Assembly: GCA_965198225.1 (NCBI GenBank)
Contig: CBDAOY010000009.1
Coordinates: 960,001-1,024,000, forward strand
DNA length: 64,000 nt
Direction of reading: 5' to 3'
Origin: Terriglobia bacterium
GTDB lineage: Bacteria; Acidobacteriota; Terriglobia; 20CM-2-55-15
A program made the translations under genes and the position numbers. The notes under the pieces are model-generated. The model made no database searches, had not been told where the DNA came from, and was given only the letters and a program-made list of their open reading frames with translations. Shown piece after piece: positions 1-10,197 of the stretch (its first letter is position 1; each line of letters starts with the position of its first letter).

Positions 1-972
1 TCCCTCTGAGCTGCGGACGAACGCCGCCGACACACGATGCTGGCCGGCCCGAACCTGGATCGGCGGCGTCTGCACCGGAACGCGCCCGCGACCGTCGGCG
101 CCTGCGCCTCCCCCGTTCGGGTCGTAGAGTATCAGAGCGACTCTTTCGCCGTCGATCGAGACGTCGACGTCATCGACCGAGGTGCCTCTGCCGGAACTGA
201 ATGTCAACTCGAAGGTGTACTCGCCGTCGGCAGGGAAGACATGGTCGACGACCATTCCGCCACGGGTTCCGTAGGGAGCACCCTCGACGTGGTTCCAGGG
301 ATGTTGCGAGACGTATTGCGAGTTCGTGTATGTCTCATCGATGTAAGGTGCGTACCGGTCACCGACAGCCATCCGACTGATCGCAGCTGCCGCGTTGAGG
401 TACGCCTCCAGCAGCAAAGGCGACAACAATTGTGCATCCGCCATGTTGTCGAAGTTAGCGAGCATCTGGTCGAGCGGCAGCCAGTTTCCGGCGTCCACTT
501 CCAACGCGAGGAGGTCCCGGACCGCCTGCTCGTACTCGGGACGGTTCAGCCGTTGGAAGCTTCGGCCACCGGGATTCGGATTCGCTGCCGCAACTTCGTC
601 AATTCCCGATTCCAACGAGGCCGCAAGCGCCTGCAGCGTGGCCTCATCGGGGCGCGGCGCGCCGGTCGGCGGCATCATGCCGGCTCTCAGCTTGCGGATC
701 ATCCTCTCGGCCAGTTCGGCGCTTTCCTCGACGTGCGTCAGGTCCAAACCGGACATGCTCATGCCGCCCGACATCTCGACGTCGTCGTGACAATAGCCAC
801 AATACTGATCAATGACCGCCTGCTGGGCGTCTGGCGATAGCGTTGGGGCGGTTTGCGAGCGGGTCATCGGAACCGCGCTGTCTGTCGTCTGCTGCCCGGC
901 AAGACTGATTCCCGCCACGACGATCAGACACACTGCTACGGCAGCCAGCGTCACGGTTCTGCGTTTTATCAT
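1..972 (-). CDS. Secreted cytochrome c / DUF1587-DUF1592 family protein, 5' part (runs off window edge)
   Basis: Manual minus-strand translation from ATG at 972: MIKRRTVTLAAVAVCLIVVAG signal peptide, heme motif YCGYCH, then KLRAGMMPP and RLNRPEYEQAVRDLL motifs typical of this family. Absent from the ORF track because it has no stop in the window. Confidence 0.8.
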   Translation of the reverse strand, partial: MIKRRTVTLAAVAVCLIVVAGISLAGQQTTDSAVPMTRSQTAPTLSPDAQQAVIDQYCGYCHDDVEMSGGMSMSGLDLTHVEESAELAERMIRKLRAGMMPPTGAPRPDEATLQALAASLESGIDEVAAANPNPGGRSFQRLNRPEYEQAVRDLLALEVDAGNWLPLDQMLANFDNMADAQLLSPLLLEAYLNAAAAISRMAVGDRYAPYIDETYTNSQYVSQHPWNHVEGAPYGTRGGMVVDHVFPADGEYTFELTFSSGRGTSVDDVDVSIDGERVALILYDPNGGGAGADGRGRVPVQTPPIQVRAGQHRVSAAFVRSSEG

Positions 973-1247
973 TATTAGATCGGCTTCCCTCAAATTCAGG
1001 GGTTCTTACAAGATTGTATACAGAGCTCGGGATTCTCTGCGTTTCTATCACTTTACGGCAGGTTGAGCAAGCAGAATTCGCACTTTATGCCTGGCAAGCC
1101 CTGGTGCAAAAGTGGCCACCATCCCGTTGACTGAATTATCAGGCTGAGTCCTTACGGAATCAAACCTTCAAGCTGCTGATCCGTACTCCGTTAGCCCGTC
1201 GCAAGCCCTAACCCCGACAACCCTGAAATGCGAGCCAGCCGGCGTCG

Positions 1248-1280
1248 GTCGCGAAGAAGTCGCGAAGAAGTCGCGAAGAA
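1248..1280. repeat. 11-bp tandem repeat GTCGCGAAGAA x3
   Basis: Directly visible in the intergenic sequence. Confidence 0.9.
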
Positions 1281-1520
1281 AATATTATGGCTGTTGAACG
1301 TCGAGAAAAGTGGCTGCAGTTTCCCGGTCGGATCCGGGTGATCGAGCCGGGTGGTCATCACGCAACGCCGCGTGTGGGCGGAGCGGTTTGCAGTAGATCC
1401 GGAGTTGGAGACGCTCGGCACGGACGACTGGACCACCCCGGCTCCAAGGCTGGTGATTCCTTGAAGTCCTAATTCGCCGGATCTATACTCCCCGCAACTC
1501 CAGCGGCGAGGTATGTTTCG

Positions 1521-2219
1521 ATGAAAGCTCTGGTTCGAGTTTCATTCGTCCTGCTCCTGACGAGTACGCTCGTCTGGGCCGGAGATTTTTGGGAGGACAA
1601 ACAGTTTACCGAGTGGACCGAGAAAGACGTCGAAAAGATGATGACAAACTCACCGTGGGCCAAGCAAGTGAACGTAGCGCTGTCCATAGGAGGGCGGGGC
1701 GGGCGCGGTGGTGGGGCGCCCGGCCGAGTTGGGAGCCGTGGCGCTGGCGGAGATCGCCCCGGACGGGGTGGTGGCGGTGGCATGGCCCGCCGACCCGCCG
1801 TCAGGCTGACCATTTCATGGCGCAGCGCGCTACCCGTCAAACAGGCCCTGGTCAAGGCGCGAATGGGTGATTCCACCCAGATGCCGGCCGGGGCACAGCA
1901 GTACCTCGATCAACAGGACGAGTTCTACATCTTAGCCGTCGCCGGTTTTCCGGCTCAGATGGGTGGCCGGTTGGTGCGCAATCGTGAAGCTGCGCTCGCC
2001 GCAACGATCCTCAAGCGAAAGAGCGGTTCGATATCGCCCGAGAACGTTCGCGCCTTTGAACGGGGCGACGCCGTGGACCTGCTCTTCTTCTTCCCCAGAA
2101 GTGCCGACATCACTCTGGAAGACAAGGACGTGGAGTTGGTCGCGGAACTCGGCCCGATGGAGATCAAGAAAAAGTTCAAGCTCGAGGACATGGTTCTGAA
2201 CGGCAAGCTCGAACTTTGA
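1521..2219 (+). CDS. Secreted hypothetical protein with Gly/Arg-rich insert
   Basis: Signal peptide, W..K.F.EW...DV.KM..NSPWA N-terminal motif, FKL..M..NG.LEL C-terminus, plausible RBS. Confidence 0.75.
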   Translation: MKALVRVSFVLLLTSTLVWAGDFWEDKQFTEWTEKDVEKMMTNSPWAKQVNVALSIGGRGGRGGGAPGRVGSRGAGGDRPGRGGGGGMARRPAVRLTISWRSALPVKQALVKARMGDSTQMPAGAQQYLDQQDEFYILAVAGFPAQMGGRLVRNREAALAATILKRKSGSISPENVRAFERGDAVDLLFFFPRSADITLEDKDVELVAELGPMEIKKKFKLEDMVLNGKLEL

Positions 2220-2390
2220 TTGGTCTACCGCCTTCGAAGAAAAGAACCGACCACCAGGCAACCACCAAGGAATAGCAGGGAGGTATCCAGCGACAACTTG
2301 GATTCCTCGATCCGCGACCAGGTCGTTTCACGTCCTGCTCCATCAATTTCGTCTCTAACAAATCGCGACTGACGATGGTATCTAGGAGCA

Positions 2391-2690
2391 GTGAACTTCC
2401 AAGAACTCCGCCAGTTCAAACGCATCAACGTGATTGGTACATCCGGAAGCGGCAAGACCACCTTCGCCCGAGAGGTCGCAAGCCTTCTCGAGCTTCCATA
2501 CCACGAGATGGATCGACTGTTCTGGAAAGCACACTGGCAAGAGTCATCCGACGAGGAACTGTTTGAGAAGGTTCGAGCAGTCACTTCCGGGCAGAAGTGG
2601 CTGTTGGATGGCAATGGAGCAGCTACATCACGAGCGGGCTCGACCGAACCCCTCACGAGTGTCAGGAACGAGCGAGGGCCGTCCATGTGA
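2391..2690 (+). pseudogene. Truncated adenylate-kinase-like / topology modulation (FlaR-like) P-loop protein
   Basis: INVIGTSGSGKTTFA Walker A, D.LFW...W and WLLDGN motifs; homology stops abruptly after DGN (~2615). Confidence 0.65.
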
Positions 2691-2738
2691 AGCTGGACGA
2701 GCTGGAAGGGAAGGCTGGGAATAGACAAAGCCGGAAGT

Positions 2739-2981
2739 CTAGAAGACTTGGCTTTCGAGGAACGCCCGTCCCTTACCTGTGAGCTGAAACACCCCGCCGT
2801 CATCGTCGAAGGTGACGAACTCGTCCGCAACGAGCCCCTCCATGAGTTCCGAGAACGCCTGATGCCCAGCTTGATAAAAGACCTTGCTGTGGGTGTGGAG
2901 ATCCCGCATGGGGATCGAACCGCCCTTCTTCGCTATGAACCTCAACAAGCCATCTCGGGCTGCCTGGATGTCCGTGCCCAT
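2739..2981 (-). CDS. Small hypothetical protein, possibly winged-helix
   Basis: 80-aa ORF with GGAGG RBS; ends FQLTGKGRAFL, resembling a wHTH wing. Confidence 0.6.
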   Translation of the reverse strand: MGTDIQAARDGLLRFIAKKGGSIPMRDLHTHSKVFYQAGHQAFSELMEGLVADEFVTFDDDGGVFQLTGKGRAFLESQVF

Positions 2982-3142
2982 TGTGTACCCTCCGTCTGAC
3001 CCGTTGCGCGGCTCAGCAGATCAGTGCGAATTATGTCATCGTCCGACGCGTCCGGTGCGACAAATGCGAAATTTGGGGGAGTGAAAGGTACCTACAGCAG
3101 AAAAGCCCCACGAGGGCCTTTCTATCTCATTGATCTATTCAA

Positions 3143-3215
<73 letters not shown>

Positions 3216-3368
3216 CAGCCAATAATAACAAAGGTGTGGGTGCTGGAAAAGAGGAGCGCAAAGCTGTGTTTCGCTCCCGGGCGAGTTCCTGTCGAATGGG
3301 ATGCGCATTCGGTGATGGCAAGAGACGCGACTCTCTCGCCGAATTTCAGGTGCACGGTGGTCACGACG

Positions 3369-3405
3369 AAACTGATTGTGCGGTCATAGACCGCACAATC
3401 AGTTT
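3369..3405. terminator. Perfect hairpin containing a REP core, downstream of the DUF1028 gene
   Basis: AAACTGATTGTGCGGTC-ATA-GACCGCACAATCAGTTT. Confidence 0.6.
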
Positions 3406-3420
3406 TGAACTGTGTGCCGA

Positions 3421-4233
3421 CTAACGCCGCGACCGCATGGCCTCGTCATAGCGCATGCGTAGCGTCTCTACGGGGTTGGCGTTCTCGGTGGGTTTGATGT
3501 CTTCGTCGGTCGCGCTGATGTAGAGAGAGTAGTCGCCGTCGTTGAACGATTCACCGTTGGTATCGTCCTTTTCGGCGACGAGAATGTAGGCCACGTGAGA
3601 TGTCTTGCCGTCGCACGGCGCGTCGGGTTGAGGTTCGCTCTCGCACGTGCATCGGCCATCGCCGCCCTGAGCGTCGGCGGCTTCCATAGCGGCCATCACA
3701 CGATCGGCGAGCCGGGCTTCGGTTTCGCGGAAAGCGCGTGCGGCCTCATGCACCACGTTGTCGTTGGCGAGGATGTTTCCCTGGACCGAGAAATAAATGT
3801 CGGTTCCTTTGACACGTCCCTGGATCGAGAGCGATGACGGCCGGTTGCCCGTACCGGAGAACCCGGTGCTTCGTCCCTGCATGTCGAGGATGCCGAATTG
3901 ACGACGCTCGATGTCGGAATCCTTTTTGAGCATCCGCAGAATCTCTTCGGGGTGTGTCCCTTTCTGCAGTTCGCGAAAGACGAGCAACTGGTTTTCGCGG
4001 GTCGTGTCGACGCCGGCCTGGCACGCCGCGACGGCGATGCCCGGAACCACGACGGCCTGGATGTCCATCAGCCCCTCAGCGGGGAATCCCGCAAACCGGC
4101 CCTGCGCCACGCACGTCGCCGACGCGATCGACACCTGTCCGGTTGCCTGATCGACCGCGATGACTGACCACGTCGCGAACGCTGCAGTCTGGGATAGAAG
4201 TATGAAGTTCAGTGCGTAGACGAGATGTTTCAT
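3421..4233 (-). CDS. DUF1028 (Ntn-hydrolase-like) secreted protein
   Basis: Signal peptide then TWSVIAVD, RQFGILD, QGNILA, AMEAA...GGDGRC motifs. Confidence 0.85.
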   Translation of the reverse strand: MKHLVYALNFILLSQTAAFATWSVIAVDQATGQVSIASATCVAQGRFAGFPAEGLMDIQAVVVPGIAVAACQAGVDTTRENQLLVFRELQKGTHPEEILRMLKKDSDIERRQFGILDMQGRSTGFSGTGNRPSSLSIQGRVKGTDIYFSVQGNILANDNVVHEAARAFRETEARLADRVMAAMEAADAQGGDGRCTCESEPQPDAPCDGKTSHVAYILVAEKDDTNGESFNDGDYSLYISATDEDIKPTENANPVETLRMRYDEAMRSRR

Positions 4234-4269
4234 CGCGAACCGTCGCGCTTCTAAGTCGAAGTGAAGCTG

Positions 4270-4518
4270 CTATTCTTCGCTTTCTTCGTCGGTGCTCTCT
4301 TCTTCTTCAGGCATGAACGGGGCCCACTCTTCCGGAACGGCCTGAGGGCCCGGACGCATTCCTGCAAGGTCCGGATCCTCGCCGTCGGTCAAGCGCGGGC
4401 CTGCGGCAGCCTTGCGCTCCTTCGCCTCGAGCCGCTTCGCCGTCTTTTCGCGAGCTCGCTCCATCCGCGCTTTTTCTTTCAGCCGTTTTTGAAACGTCGG
4501 CCTGGATTGTCTTGCCAT
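4270..4518 (-). CDS. Small basic/acidic hypothetical protein
   Basis: TFQKRLKEKARMER...K..KRLE and DPDLAGMRPGPQ, a recognisable small-protein pattern; RBS present. Confidence 0.7.
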   Translation of the reverse strand: MARQSRPTFQKRLKEKARMERAREKTAKRLEAKERKAAAGPRLTDGEDPDLAGMRPGPQAVPEEWAPFMPEEEESTDEESEE

Positions 4519-4836
4519 ACTGTTTGTTCCTGTTTCCTGCGAGATTGCCGGGAGCCCGAAACCGCCGCCACAGTTCCAACTCTACCCCGGGTCGTCCGCC
4601 TGCTTGCGATGATTCGCTACCGCCCGGCTGGCATTTTCCCTCTGGAGCGAGTCAGGAACGGGCATCGACGGGTGAGGTAGCTTGGGAAACCGACGATCTC
4701 CTCCAAGTTCTCTAAATGTATAGTTCCAAAACCCCTACTGTCAACCGGTCGGCTTCCGTACCAGCGGTTTATGACTGGTTTGCGTCCGCACGGCATGAAC
4801 CTGGATAATTTGAATGTACTTGCGCTAGCTATATAG

Positions 4837-4935
4837 GTCACACCCGCTGGCGCCGAAGCTCTTGAACAGGCTCTCGTGAGGTACCGCGCGTTGACCGACT
4901 TGAGTGCCTATCGGAGCGAAGAGGCGAAGACGTAA
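4837..4935 (+). pseudogene. Possible C-terminal remnant of a PadR-family regulator
   Basis: Frame reads VTPAGAEALEQALVRYRAL... and stops 2 nt before the permease start; PadR genes commonly precede ADOP permeases. Confidence 0.35.
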
Positions 4936-4937
4936 CC

Positions 4938-7008
4938 ATGGCTGATGGGAAAAGCACTGCGAGTATTTCGCGACGTCTGTTCGTCCTCTCGATGGCGGTC
5001 GTGCGCTGGGCGGCACCCGTGGCGCCGCCGTCTCGACGCTCGGACTGGCGGCAGGAATGGATTGCGGAGATCTACTTCCGTTGGAAACATCTCAGGGAAA
5101 CCGACCGACTGAGCCTGCGCGAAAGCTTGGACCTGGTCGGCCGTTCTCTAGGAGCGATACCGCACGCGTTCTGGATGTGGAGAGAGGAGTGGAGCGTGGA
5201 CATGTTGATACAGGACCTGCGGTACGCGACGCGAACCTACCTGACGAAACCGGTGTTCGCGATCCTCGCGGTGACGACGCTCGCCGTAGGAATTGGTGCG
5301 AACACCGTGATGTTCAGTCTTCGGCGGAGACCCGGAGGTGGTGGGTCGTACTCTGAACTTCGACGGGGCCGCGCGCAGGGTTATCGGAATCACACCGCGC
5401 GGCTTCGATTACCCGATAGGAGCCGAACTATGGATGCCTCTATCCTTCAGTTTTGACCCGTCTGCTGTTCGCGGCGCACACTACCTCGTTGTGATCGGTC
5501 GTCTTGAAGATGGTGTCGTGCCCGAACAGGCGCAGAGCGAGCTGGACACGATCACGACCCGCCTGGCTGCCGCCTTTCCGGAGACCAACTTGAACTGGGG
5601 CGCCGCACTCTATCCGATCCACGGGGAGATCGTCGATGATTCCCGAACGCCGTTGCTCGTGTTGTGTCCTGGCAGTCGCGCCGGATGGTATCCCGCGGCT
5701 GGGCGACACTCGTATCGATGCGGGAGTGCTGGCCTTCACGCTGGCCGTGTCACTCGCCACGGGTATCGTCGTCGGCCTGATTCCAGCGTTGCGCGCGGCT
5801 CGAAGCGATTTGAGCGAATCGCTGAAAGCTGGCCGTTCCGCCGCAGCAGGATCGGGTCCCGTGAACTTCCGCGGCGCCCTTGTCGTCGCGGAGGTCGCGA
5901 TTGCCCTTGTTGTCGTCGTCTGTTCGGGCCTGTTGACTCAGAGCCTGTGGCGCATGATGGCTGTCGACCGGGGTTTCGACTCTGACGGGGCTGCCCTCCG
6001 GCTGAGCCTGCCGACTTCGCGCTATTCCGATCCCGGCCAGAGAGCGGACTTTTACGACGGTCTGGTCGAACGTGTCTCGCGGTTACCAGGGGTCGAATCG
6101 GTCGGGGCCGCGAACCAGCTGCCGATGACAGGGATGTTCAACATCTCTTATGAAGTTGCCGGACGGGGGCTACCGGGTTCGTTCATCCGGACTATTTCGA
6201 GGCGATGGGAATCCAGATCCTCCGCGGACGCCGTTTCACGAATCGGGACCGGGGGAGTTCCCCAGACGTCGTGATTATCAATGAGGCGCTCGCTCGCGCG
6301 GCACTGCCTGGTGAAGATCCGCTCGGCATGTCCCTCGACATCGGTTACGCGCGTACCACGGACTCCCGGCCGCGCGAGATCGTCGGCATCGTCGAAGACG
6401 TGCGCGAGGCCGGTCTGGATCGGCCTGCCCCACCAGCCTACTACGTGCCCTACCGTCAGGATCCTTTCAGTAGCATGTTCATCGTCGCGCACACCTCTGT
6501 CGACCCGAGCACGCTGGTGGGTTCCCTTCGCCGCGAGGTTCGGGAGATGGACGTCGAGTTGGCGGTCCTCGATGCCGGACCGCTCGGCGATCTGGTTTCG
6601 GCATCGCTGGCCGGTCGCCGGTTCACGGTGAACTTCATGGGTGCCTTTGCGGCCGCCGCGTTGTTGCTTGCCGTGCTTGGAATCTACGGTGTGATGTCCT
6701 ACGCGGTGAACCAGCGACGCTCGGAAATCGGAGTGCGCATCGCGATGGGCGCAACCCGCCGCGACGTTCTTGGATTGGTGCTCCGAAACGGAATGCTTCT
6801 GGCGGTCATAGGCGTCGTTACGGGTCTGCTGGCGTCAGCGGCGATCACGCGCTACCTGGCCTCGATGCTGTTCGAGATAGAGGCGACCGATCCAGCTACA
6901 TTCGCGGGCGTGGCACTTATCCTGGTGGGGGTTGCCACGCTCGGCACTCTCGTCCCGGCCTATCGCGCGACTCTGGTCGATCCTCTCGAGGCGCTGCGTT
7001 CGGAGTAG
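4938..7008 (+). pseudogene. ADOP/MacB-FtsX-type duplicated ABC permease, broken into four frames with internal deletions
   Basis: DLRYA.R...P.F...AV.TLA.GIGANT.MFS, LVVAEVAIAL, GIYGVMSYAVNQRRSEIGVRIAMGA and VDPLEALRSE motifs; breaks near 5325, 5665 and 6170. Confidence 0.85.
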
Positions 7009-7034
7009 GGGAGAGACGGTCGTTCCAGAGTCGG

Positions 7035-7106
7035 GTGTAGGTGCGCTGTATGAGCGCACAAGACGTCGCGCCCCGAGAAACGTGCGGTCATAGACCGCAC
7101 CTACAC
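7035..7106. repeat. Inverted pair of GTAG-type REP elements (REPIN-like)
   Basis: GTGTAGGTGCGCTGTATGAGCGCACA ... GTGCGGTCATAGACCGCACCTACAC. Confidence 0.8.
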
Positions 7107-7131
7107 TCCTCTCTTCTGCTATCCTCCGAAC

Positions 7132-7653
7132 ATGGCTACACGCAGCTTCGCCGGGAGATTCAAGGGCGCCTTCCTACTGGATGCGTCCGTCTACGAAGAT
7201 GTCGAAGCCGATCCGTCCGCACTCAGCCAGGCCATGGCAACCGTGGTACTTTCCAGCGTCGCGGCGGGCGTCGGAATGGGGCTGCGGGACGGAATCCGCG
7301 GCCTTGTAGCGGCTACAGTTGCCGCGTTGATTGGCTGGTTCTTCTGGGCCTGGCTGACCTACTTCATCGGGACCCGCTTGCTTCCGACCCCCCAGACGTC
7401 CGCGACCTGGGGTGAGCTGCTGCGGACGACCGGCTTTTCGGCCGCGCCGGGAACTCTTCGGATCTTTTCGATGGCACCTGGCTTCGGCGTTCTCCTCAAC
7501 TTTGTTGCCGCTGTGTGGATGCTTGTGGCGTTCGTCGTCGCGGTGAAGCAGGCGCTGGACTACGAAAGCACCTGGCGGGCCGTTTTCGTCTGCCTGACCG
7601 GTTGGTTTGTCTCCGTTGTTCTATCCATCTTTCTCATCCGCTTCGCGTTTTAG
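7132..7653 (+). CDS. YIP1-family membrane protein
   Basis: GA..LD..VYEDVEAD.SA..QA, ELLRTTGFS.APG, VVAVKQALDY.ST.RA motifs. Confidence 0.85.
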   Translation: MATRSFAGRFKGAFLLDASVYEDVEADPSALSQAMATVVLSSVAAGVGMGLRDGIRGLVAATVAALIGWFFWAWLTYFIGTRLLPTPQTSATWGELLRTTGFSAAPGTLRIFSMAPGFGVLLNFVAAVWMLVAFVVAVKQALDYESTWRAVFVCLTGWFVSVVLSIFLIRFAF

Positions 7654-7742
7654 CATCTTTTTCCCCTCGCACCCTAAAGATTTACCTACAGCCGCCGATA
7701 AAGTCACTAGACAGCCTGGAATCTGGCTTGGGGGGGAACGCG

Positions 7743-8059
7743 ATGTACTCGGAGATGTTTGGAGATTTCAAGAAGTTGCTGAAACTGGGTGTCCTGGGCT
7801 CCCAGATCGAAGTCCCCGAAAAAAACACGCTGCTGCGCGGCTTCCAGTACGCTTCCAGTACGCTTCCCCGGAAACGATCTCCTACGGGCGCTTCTGTTGG
7901 AACGGCACCTGTAAGAACTGTACCGTAACGGTTCAGCACGGAGATCAGAAGACCAGAGGCCAGGCATGCCTGACCGATGCGTGCGACGGCATGCAGGTGG
8001 TCAGTATGTCCAGAGAACTCGTTAGCCGACTGAAGACCATCGTGTCTTCTGCGGCATAA
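7743..8059 (+). pseudogene. 2Fe-2S cluster-binding protein, frameshifted by an 11-bp duplication
   Basis: MYSEMFGDFKKL...NTLLRGFQY joins ASPETISYGRFCWNGTCKNC...QAC; GCTTCCAGTAC is duplicated at 7840-7861. Confidence 0.75.
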
Positions 8060-8096
8060 GACTCCAAAAAGCTCATTCCTTCACTTCCTGAAGATT

Positions 8097-8125
8097 GCGG
8101 TGGCCCCCGGGCCACCGTTTTTTTG
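8097..8125 (+). terminator. Rho-independent terminator
   Basis: CGGTGGCCC-C-CGGGCCACCG hairpin followed by a T tract. Confidence 0.7.
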
Positions 8126-8167
8126 TCTCGGTGGATTTGACGAGCCATGATGGGAACTAACACACCC

Positions 8168-8222
8168 AAACTCCCCTCCTCAGATGAGGAGGGGTAGCGC
8201 GAAGCGCCGGGGTGGTGCTGAT
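8168..8222. repeat. Palindromic intergenic repeat, family B
   Basis: CTCCCCTCCTCAGATGAGGAGGGGT.GCGCGAAGCGCCGGGGTGGTG; also at ~16253-16306, ~53872-53950 and ~57604-57826. Confidence 0.8.
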
Positions 8223-8329
8223 CAAGAAACTCCGGAGAATCCTACCCCCCCTTCCTGGAATCAGGAGGGAGCCGTTTCACGCCTTCCTGGACCCCGCGCC
8301 TCCACCCCCCGTGCTAGGATCGTCCCTCA

Positions 8330-10036
8330 GTGAAAAACTTCGAGATCGCTCACATTTTCGGCAACATGGCGGACCTGCTCGAGATCCAGGGCGCGAATCC
8401 GTTCCGCGTCCGGGCTTACCGAAACGCCAGGTCGAGCCTCGAGGCGTTGACCGACACCGTCGAGGAGATCGCCACACGGGACGGGTTGAAGGAGATCACG
8501 GGCATCGGCAAGGATCTCGCCGCTAAAATCGTCGAATACATCGAGACCGAGAAGATCCAGGCTTTCGAGGACCTGAAGGCCGAAGTTCCGATCGGATTGG
8601 TCAACATCGTCAGCATCCCGACGATCGGTCCCAAGACAGCAAAAGCAATCTTTGACCATCTGGGTGTCGAGAGCGTCCAGGACCTGGAGAAACTCGCCAG
8701 CGGGGAAGAGTTGCTGCAGGTTCCGGGCATCAAGGCGAAAACGCTCGAGAACATCGTTCGTGGAATCGCCCTCTTCAGACGGCGGAAGGGGATGTTCCTG
8801 CTCGGTCGAACCCTTCCTGTTGCTCGGGGGATCTGCGACGTTCTCAGGGACGTGGCTGACCGTGTAACCTATGCCGGTAGCCTGCGCCGCATGAAGGAAT
8901 CCGTCCACGACGTGGACATTCTCGCCGCCTCCGACGATCCCGAGAGAGTCATGGAAGCCTTCCTGGAGACCTCGGACCTGGTGCGGGTGCTGGTAAAGGG
9001 ATCGACGAAAACATCGGTGCTCATGCAGGGCGATCTGCAGGTGGACCTGCGTGTGGTCGAGCCGGCCAGTTGGGGAGCGGCGCTGGCGTACTTCACAGGG
9101 CCCAAGGGGCACAACATCCGGCTGCGTGAGCGGGCTATCAAACGCGGCCTGAAGCTGAACGAGTATGGCCTGTTCGACGACGACAGGAGTGTGGCGGCCC
9201 TGGAAGAGGAGGACATATACCGCGCGCTGGATCTCCCCTTTATCCCCCCGGTGTTGCGTGAGGATCGCGGAGAAATCGAGGCCGCCGTCGAAGGCCGTCT
9301 TCCCGACCTGGTCCGGGTGGAGGACATCCGGGGAGACCTCCACATGCACACCACGTGGAGTGACGGCGCAGCGTCTACGGCCGAAATGGTCAATCGAGCG
9401 ATCGCGAAGGGATACGCCTATGTCGCGATTACGGATCATTCCAAGTCGCTCGGCGTAGCCGGGGGGCTCTCCGAGGAGGACCTGGTCAATCACGTTCAGG
9501 AGATCGGGGAGATCGACGCCCGCCATCGGAACTTTCGTGTTCTTGCGGGAACGGAAGTCGACATCCGCAACGACGGCACTCTCGACTATTCCGACGAGAT
9601 GCTCTCAAGGCTGGATTTTGTCGTCGCCTCGATCCATTCAGGATTCAGGCAGGACCGGGCAACCTTGACCGGCCGGATCGTTCGCGCCATGCAGAATCCC
9701 AATGTCCGGGTAATCGGCCATCCGACCGGGCGCCTCCTGGGCGATCGCGATTCCTACGACCTGGACTTCGACAAGATCATGGCCGAAGCAGCGCGCACGC
9801 GGACCTGTCTCGAAGTCAACGCCCACTACTACCGCCTCGACCTCAACGACGTACTATGCCGCAAAGCCAGGGAAAATGGCGTGCGGGTCGTCATCAGTAC
9901 CGACTCGCACAACTTCGAAAACCTGGAAAACCTGCCCTACGGGGTGGGAACGGCCCAACGCGGCTGGCTGGAGAAGGAGCACGTGTTGAACACCAACGGG
10001 GTGGAGGAGTTGCTGGCCTATAAGGGATCCGTGTAG
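8330..10036 (+). CDS. polX: DNA polymerase X / PHP 3'-5' exonuclease
   Basis: NPFRVRAYR, GIGK HhH, AGSLRRMKE...DVDIL, QVDLR, YFTG, PHP motif DLHMHTTWSDG, TDHS, STDSH. Confidence 0.95.
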   Translation: MKNFEIAHIFGNMADLLEIQGANPFRVRAYRNARSSLEALTDTVEEIATRDGLKEITGIGKDLAAKIVEYIETEKIQAFEDLKAEVPIGLVNIVSIPTIGPKTAKAIFDHLGVESVQDLEKLASGEELLQVPGIKAKTLENIVRGIALFRRRKGMFLLGRTLPVARGICDVLRDVADRVTYAGSLRRMKESVHDVDILAASDDPERVMEAFLETSDLVRVLVKGSTKTSVLMQGDLQVDLRVVEPASWGAALAYFTGPKGHNIRLRERAIKRGLKLNEYGLFDDDRSVAALEEEDIYRALDLPFIPPVLREDRGEIEAAVEGRLPDLVRVEDIRGDLHMHTTWSDGAASTAEMVNRAIAKGYAYVAITDHSKSLGVAGGLSEEDLVNHVQEIGEIDARHRNFRVLAGTEVDIRNDGTLDYSDEMLSRLDFVVASIHSGFRQDRATLTGRIVRAMQNPNVRVIGHPTGRLLGDRDSYDLDFDKIMAEAARTRTCLEVNAHYYRLDLNDVLCRKARENGVRVVISTDSHNFENLENLPYGVGTAQRGWLEKEHVLNTNGVEELLAYKGSV

Positions 10037-10186
10037 GTGCGGTCTATGACCGCACAAAGCGTTTCCCGGAAGATCCGTTTGCCGAGGTTTCCGCTTAGCG
10101 AAGACCTAAAGGATCCGTGTAGGTGCGGTCTATGACCGCACATTTCTCGAATCGAAACCTTGTGCGCTCATAGAGCGCACCTACAC
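10031..10186. repeat. Cluster of three GTAG-type REP elements
   Basis: GTGTAGGTGCGGTCTATGACCGCACA at 10031 and 10117, inverted copy at 10161-10186. Confidence 0.85.
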
Positions 10187-10197
10187 TTGTTCGCTCG

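Noticed and set aside
1092-1108. Sigma-54 promoter TGGCAAGCCCTGGTGC
   Set aside because: GG-GC spacing is 11 nt rather than the required 10.
1287-1472. Possible RAYT transposase N-terminal remnant (R..EPGG.H.T.R)
   Set aside because: The resemblance is too short and no HUH motif follows; it cannot be supported without a search.
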